A DNA stretch of 64,000 nt from an uncultured Actinomycetota bacterium (GTDB taxonomy: Bacteria; Actinomycetota; Thermoleophilia; RBG-16-64-13): positions 75,223 to 139,222 of the forward strand of contig CAWBOK010000005.1 of assembly GCA_963790415.1 (NCBI GenBank), written 5' to 3'. Under the pieces are notes generated by a model. That model worked only from the letters and a program-made list of their open reading frames with translations, did not search any database and was not told where the DNA came from. The position numbers were made by a program, and so were the translations under genes. Below, in pieces: positions 60,592-64,000 of this stretch. Within the stretch, counting starts at the first letter, position 1, and each line of letters opens with the position of its first letter.

Positions 60592-61092
60592 CTACGTCCT
60601 AGCCAGAAATGCCGGATGATGCACCACCTCGCCGGCGGGCATCTCACCGGACATCAAGAGACAGAGCACGTTCTCCTCCGGCACCCCGTGCCAGACTACC
60701 CCCGGATACCGCCTGAATCCAAAACGGCCGTAGAAGGCTGGGTCTCCGACCAGCACACACCCGCAGGCTCCCCGAGAGCGCAGCGCATCAAGACCGGTCT
60801 CGACCAGCGCGCGTCCGATCCCCTCGCCTTGGCGGGCTGGCTGGACCGCCACCGGCCCGAGCAGAAACCAGCCGGCCGACGAGCCGCCGATAGCTGCGGC
60901 CGAGAATGCGATGTGACCCACTACCTCGTCGTCAGATTCAGCGACGAGCGACAACTCCAGGGCGTCGGCCGCCCTTAATGCCTCCACGATGAGATGTTCT
61001 GTCTGCTGACTGTAGGGGTGACCCTGGAAAGCGACGATGTTGACCTCCCAGATGCCGTCGAAATCTCGAGTGGTCTCTGGGCGAACAATCAT
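60592..61092 (-). CDS. GNAT N-acetyltransferase (YhbS-like)
   Basis: VVGHIAFS, LLGPVAVQPARQGEGIG, VLVGDPAFYGRFGF. Confidence 0.92.
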   Translation of the reverse strand: MIVRPETTRDFDGIWEVNIVAFQGHPYSQQTEHLIVEALRAADALELSLVAESDDEVVGHIAFSAAAIGGSSAGWFLLGPVAVQPARQGEGIGRALVETGLDALRSRGACGCVLVGDPAFYGRFGFRRYPGVVWHGVPEENVLCLLMSGEMPAGEVVHHPAFLART

Positions 61093-61110
61093 GCAGACTC
61101 CTCTGACTGC

Positions 61111-61185
61111 ACCTGACGTTCGGGCGTTGAGCCGCGCCCGCGGTCGTTCACCTCAGATGCCTCGCGTTCCAGGCGGTTGCCAGAG
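61111..61185 (-). mobile_element. Strongly degenerate attC
   Basis: CTCTGGC AACCGCCTGGAAC...CGGCTCAACGCCCGAAC GTCAGGT between a stop and the next RBS/ATG. Confidence 0.4.
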
Positions 61186-61208
61186 TCGAGCGTCCAACAG
61201 AGGCTCCG

Positions 61209-61853
61209 TCAAGGCATCGCGGACACGTCTATCGATGGCGCCAATCCCTGAGCGAGGATGTCGACGGCGGCGCGTCTCGGCGCAGAGAAGTCCCCCGGCG
61301 TCGGGAGATGATCCCTCAGCGCGCGGTCCATCGCGCTGGCGAACGGCACCGAGGCGACCACTGCCGCAGCGTCTGCGGCGGTGACGTCACCCCTGATCCT
61401 GCCCAGCTCCTGCTCCGCCCGAATATAGGCCGCAACGATCCCGACGGGCCCCGCTTCGAAGCCCTCGGGGGCACGCTCCTGCACATAGAGATTGAACCGC
61501 CTTGCCACTTCGGGGTCGGCCCACATCGACGCCATCAGCGAGGCGGCGTGCTCGGCCATGCTGCTGATCAGCCGCAGGAGATCGTCAAGGTTGTCTCGCA
61601 CGCTGCCTTGACCGGCACGCTCCGGGAAGCGCGCCAGTTCCTCCACCGTCTCGCCGGACCGTGCCAAGAAGACCTCGTGGAAGAGGGCGTACTTGTCATC
61701 GAAGTGACGGTAGATGGTGCCCTCGGCAAGGCCCGCGGTCTGCGCGATCTCCTTCGTGGTCGCGCGCGCGAACCCTCGCTTGACGAACACCTCGGTGGCC
61801 GCATCGATCAGGACCCGACGCGTGTCGGTCTTCTGCGATCCACCAGCGCTCAT
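61209..61853 (-). CDS. TetR/AcrR regulator
   Basis: LIDAATEVFVKRGFARATTKEIAQTAGLAEGTIYRHF. Confidence 0.92.
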   Translation of the reverse strand: MSAGGSQKTDTRRVLIDAATEVFVKRGFARATTKEIAQTAGLAEGTIYRHFDDKYALFHEVFLARSGETVEELARFPERAGQGSVRDNLDDLLRLISSMAEHAASLMASMWADPEVARRFNLYVQERAPEGFEAGPVGIVAAYIRAEQELGRIRGDVTAADAAAVVASVPFASAMDRALRDHLPTPGDFSAPRRAAVDILAQGLAPSIDVSAMP

Positions 61854-61882
61854 CGGTCCTCCCCGAGTAGGCGGCGTTTGGT

Positions 61883-62674
61883 TCATGCCGTGATGTCGCG
61901 GCGACGAAACGTGACCGCGGTCAGCGCGAGCGCAGCAACAGCGTAGGCGCCGGCCACGATGATAGCCGTTCCAAAGGCCATGTCGGCAGACCCTCCCGAT
62001 GCGACGGCGGAGAAGGCGGAGCCGGGCAGCCACTTCTTGGCGCTGTCGAGAAGCAGGCCGGCCAGACCCTCGAAGACCATCAGGTAGCCGATCCCGATGC
62101 CGATGGACAGGCCCGCGCTGCGCGTCATCATACCGACGAACAACCCGACGACGCCCCACAGCAGAACGCACGCCGTCAGCTGCACGTAGTGCTCGACCGC
62201 CGTGCCGAGCAACCCGGTGCTCCACGAGTCCGTCGAGACACCCGCCAGACCGGCGATGCCTGGCGAGACCATCAGGACGGCGATGGTGGTGAGCAGCGTC
62301 GCGAGGCAGGTGACGGCGGTCAACGCCACCACTTTGCCGCCCAGCAGGCGCAGACGGTTGGGCTGAGCCTGCACGAGCAGCCGAATCAGCCCGCTCGAGT
62401 AGTCCGACGTGACCGCCATCGCCCATATAGCGAGCGCGACGATTCCAAGCATGCCGACGAAGTTGCTCACGGGGACGAACATGCCGTCGGACGCCTCGAG
62501 CGCTTGCAACGTGATTCCCTGCGTATTGGGAGGACCACTGCTGGAGCCGCTTCCAACCGTGAAGAGGACGATCGCCGTCGCCATGAGGCCAAAGACGGTC
62601 ATCAGACCGAGGCCGCCAAGGATGAGGGATGGGGTCTTGAGTCGGACGATCTCGGAGCGGATGACGCGCATCAT
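61883..62674 (-). CDS. ABC-2 type permease
   Basis: MMRVIRSEIVRL, DYSSGLIRLL..QPNR..LLGGKV; 6 TM segments. Confidence 0.88.
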   Translation of the reverse strand: MMRVIRSEIVRLKTPSLILGGLGLMTVFGLMATAIVLFTVGSGSSSGPPNTQGITLQALEASDGMFVPVSNFVGMLGIVALAIWAMAVTSDYSSGLIRLLVQAQPNRLRLLGGKVVALTAVTCLATLLTTIAVLMVSPGIAGLAGVSTDSWSTGLLGTAVEHYVQLTACVLLWGVVGLFVGMMTRSAGLSIGIGIGYLMVFEGLAGLLLDSAKKWLPGSAFSAVASGGSADMAFGTAIIVAGAYAVAALALTAVTFRRRDITA

Positions 62675-63678
62675 GACGGGACCTCCAACGTCTCGGGCTC
62701 CTCGGCGCCGGTGGCGGCGCCCTCACGTTCGATGATGCCGTGACCGGCCGACGGTGCGGCCGGACGCCCGTTGTCGCCTGACTCGTCACCGGTCATGCGC
62801 AGAAAGATCTCCTCGAGGCTGATCGAGTGCGGGCGCAGGGCGCTCAGCGTGATGCCGGCCTCCGCGGCGGCACGATTGACGTCTGCCGACGCCGAGGCGG
62901 GCGCGCTGACACGTACTTGATCGTCGTGCACCGTGGTCTTCCATCCGCGCGATGTGAAGGATTCAGTCAGCCGGCCGACGTCGTGAGGGTGCTCGGGGAC
63001 GGTCTCGATGCACTCACCCGCCATGCCGACCAGATCGCTCAGCGGGCCCGAGTACAGAAGCTTGCCATAACGGATCATGGCCAGGGTGTCGCACGCCGCC
63101 TCGATCTCGCTGAGAAGATGCGACGACACCACGACAGTCCGGCCCTCGTCGCCCAGCCCGCGAAGCAGTCCCCGGATCTCGACGATGCCGGCCGGGTCGA
63201 GACCGTTGGTGGGCTCGTCGAGGATCAGCAGTTCGGGGTCGGGAAGCAACGCGGCGGCGATGCCGAGTCGCTGCTTCATACCAAGCGAGAAGCGCTTCGC
63301 CGGCTCGTCGCTGCGATTCAACAGCCCGACGATGTCGAGCACCTCGTCCACCCGGGCGTTCGAGATGCCGCGCAGGCGCGCCAAGGAGCGCAGGTTCGTG
63401 CGCGCCGACAGGGACGGGATGAAAGCGGGACTCTCGATGAGCGCGCCGATGCGCGACGCATACGTGCGGGGATCGGAGATCCGCGAGTCGAAGACCAGGG
63501 CGCTGCCGCTCGTGGGTCTGATAAGACCCAGCAAAAGCCTGATAAGCGTGGACTTCCCGGAACCGTTCGGTCCGACGAGGCCCACGACCCCACCGCTGGC
63601 GATCTCGAGATCGAGTTCCGACACCGCTACGACGTCACCGAAGTGACGCGTGAGCTTGTCGGTACGGACGACGGACAT
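62671..63678 (-). CDS. ABC transporter ATP-binding subunit (BcrA-like)
   Basis: [36 protein letters not shown]. Confidence 0.93.
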   Translation of the reverse strand: MSVVRTDKLTRHFGDVVAVSELDLEIASGGVVGLVGPNGSGKSTLIRLLLGLIRPTSGSALVFDSRISDPRTYASRIGALIESPAFIPSLSARTNLRSLARLRGISNARVDEVLDIVGLLNRSDEPAKRFSLGMKQRLGIAAALLPDPELLILDEPTNGLDPAGIVEIRGLLRGLGDEGRTVVVSSHLLSEIEAACDTLAMIRYGKLLYSGPLSDLVGMAGECIETVPEHPHDVGRLTESFTSRGWKTTVHDDQVRVSAPASASADVNRAAAEAGITLSALRPHSISLEEIFLRMTGDESGDNGRPAAPSAGHGIIEREGAATGAEEPETLEVPS

Positions 63679-63700
63679 ACCCTGCCTCCATGTGCTTGTG

Positions 63701-63744
63701 AGTGAGCGCCCACTTACTATAGCGAGTGAGCGCTCACTCTTCAA
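63701..63744 (-). promoter_or_regulatory. Promoter TTGAAG-N17-TATAGT with two AGTGAGCG/CGCTCACT-type operators
   Basis: Perfect palindrome AGTGAGCGCTCACT at 63725-63738; 1-mismatch copy at 63701-63714. Confidence 0.8.
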
Positions 63745-63852
63745 GCGGAGATCTGCGGGATCGCTGGCCCCCACCTCCGATGCGTTTGTTCGACAAGCCG
63801 CCGACGAACCCCAGGCAGAACCTCGTTTCCCCGAGAAGAACACAGCGCGCGC

Positions 63853-64000
63853 TCATGACAGGTCGTCGCACAGCATCCGGGCCAACTCCATCGCCCCGTC
63901 ATGACCGTCCAGTCGACCGGAGAGCGAGCGCGCCTTCTCGGCCATCGCGGACGAGCCGAGCGTCTCGCGCAACGCCGAGGTGAGCGTCCGGGGGGAGAGC
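63853..64000 (-). CDS. 3' end of a probable GT1/GT28-type glycosyltransferase (partial)
   Basis: LSPRTLTSALRETL..SAMAEKARSLSGRL..HDGA. Confidence 0.55.
   Translation of the reverse strand, partial: LSPRTLTSALRETLGSSAMAEKARSLSGRLDGHDGAMELARMLCDDLS

Overview
High-GC window, probably from an Actinomycetota (inferred from the DUF7144-type gene, GGAGG RBS use and gene families). The left 2.3 kb is part of a housekeeping leuB-ilvE-cimA operon on the minus strand. The rest (about 3-64 kb) is an accessory tract of about 85 short, unrelated genes, nearly all on the minus strand: GNATs, VOC, DUF1801, AlkZ-like glycosylases, flavin reductases, TA modules and regulators. Between 34.5 and 61.2 kb I read about nine attC-like imperfect hairpins plus several half-sites, lying just after stop codons. 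No integrase is visible, so this is best read as an eroding integron cassette array (a CALIN, or intI lies beyond the right edge). Inside it is a 10.7 kb type I R-M locus: hsdM - Fic - HEPN - MNT::HsdS fusion - ABC ATPase - DUF4276/TOPRIM-like - wHTH - hsdR. It ends 7 bp before an attC and is the best candidate for a novel 'guarded' restriction system. Three toxins look selectively disabled (HicA and ParE by internal deletions, HEPN by His-to-Arg), and many gene stubs mark real deletions. About 15 single-base frameshifts, including one in cimA, suggest assembly indel errors, so frameshift-only pseudogene calls are provisional. I saw no rRNA, tRNA or CRISPR array. All product names come from motif recognition, not database searches.
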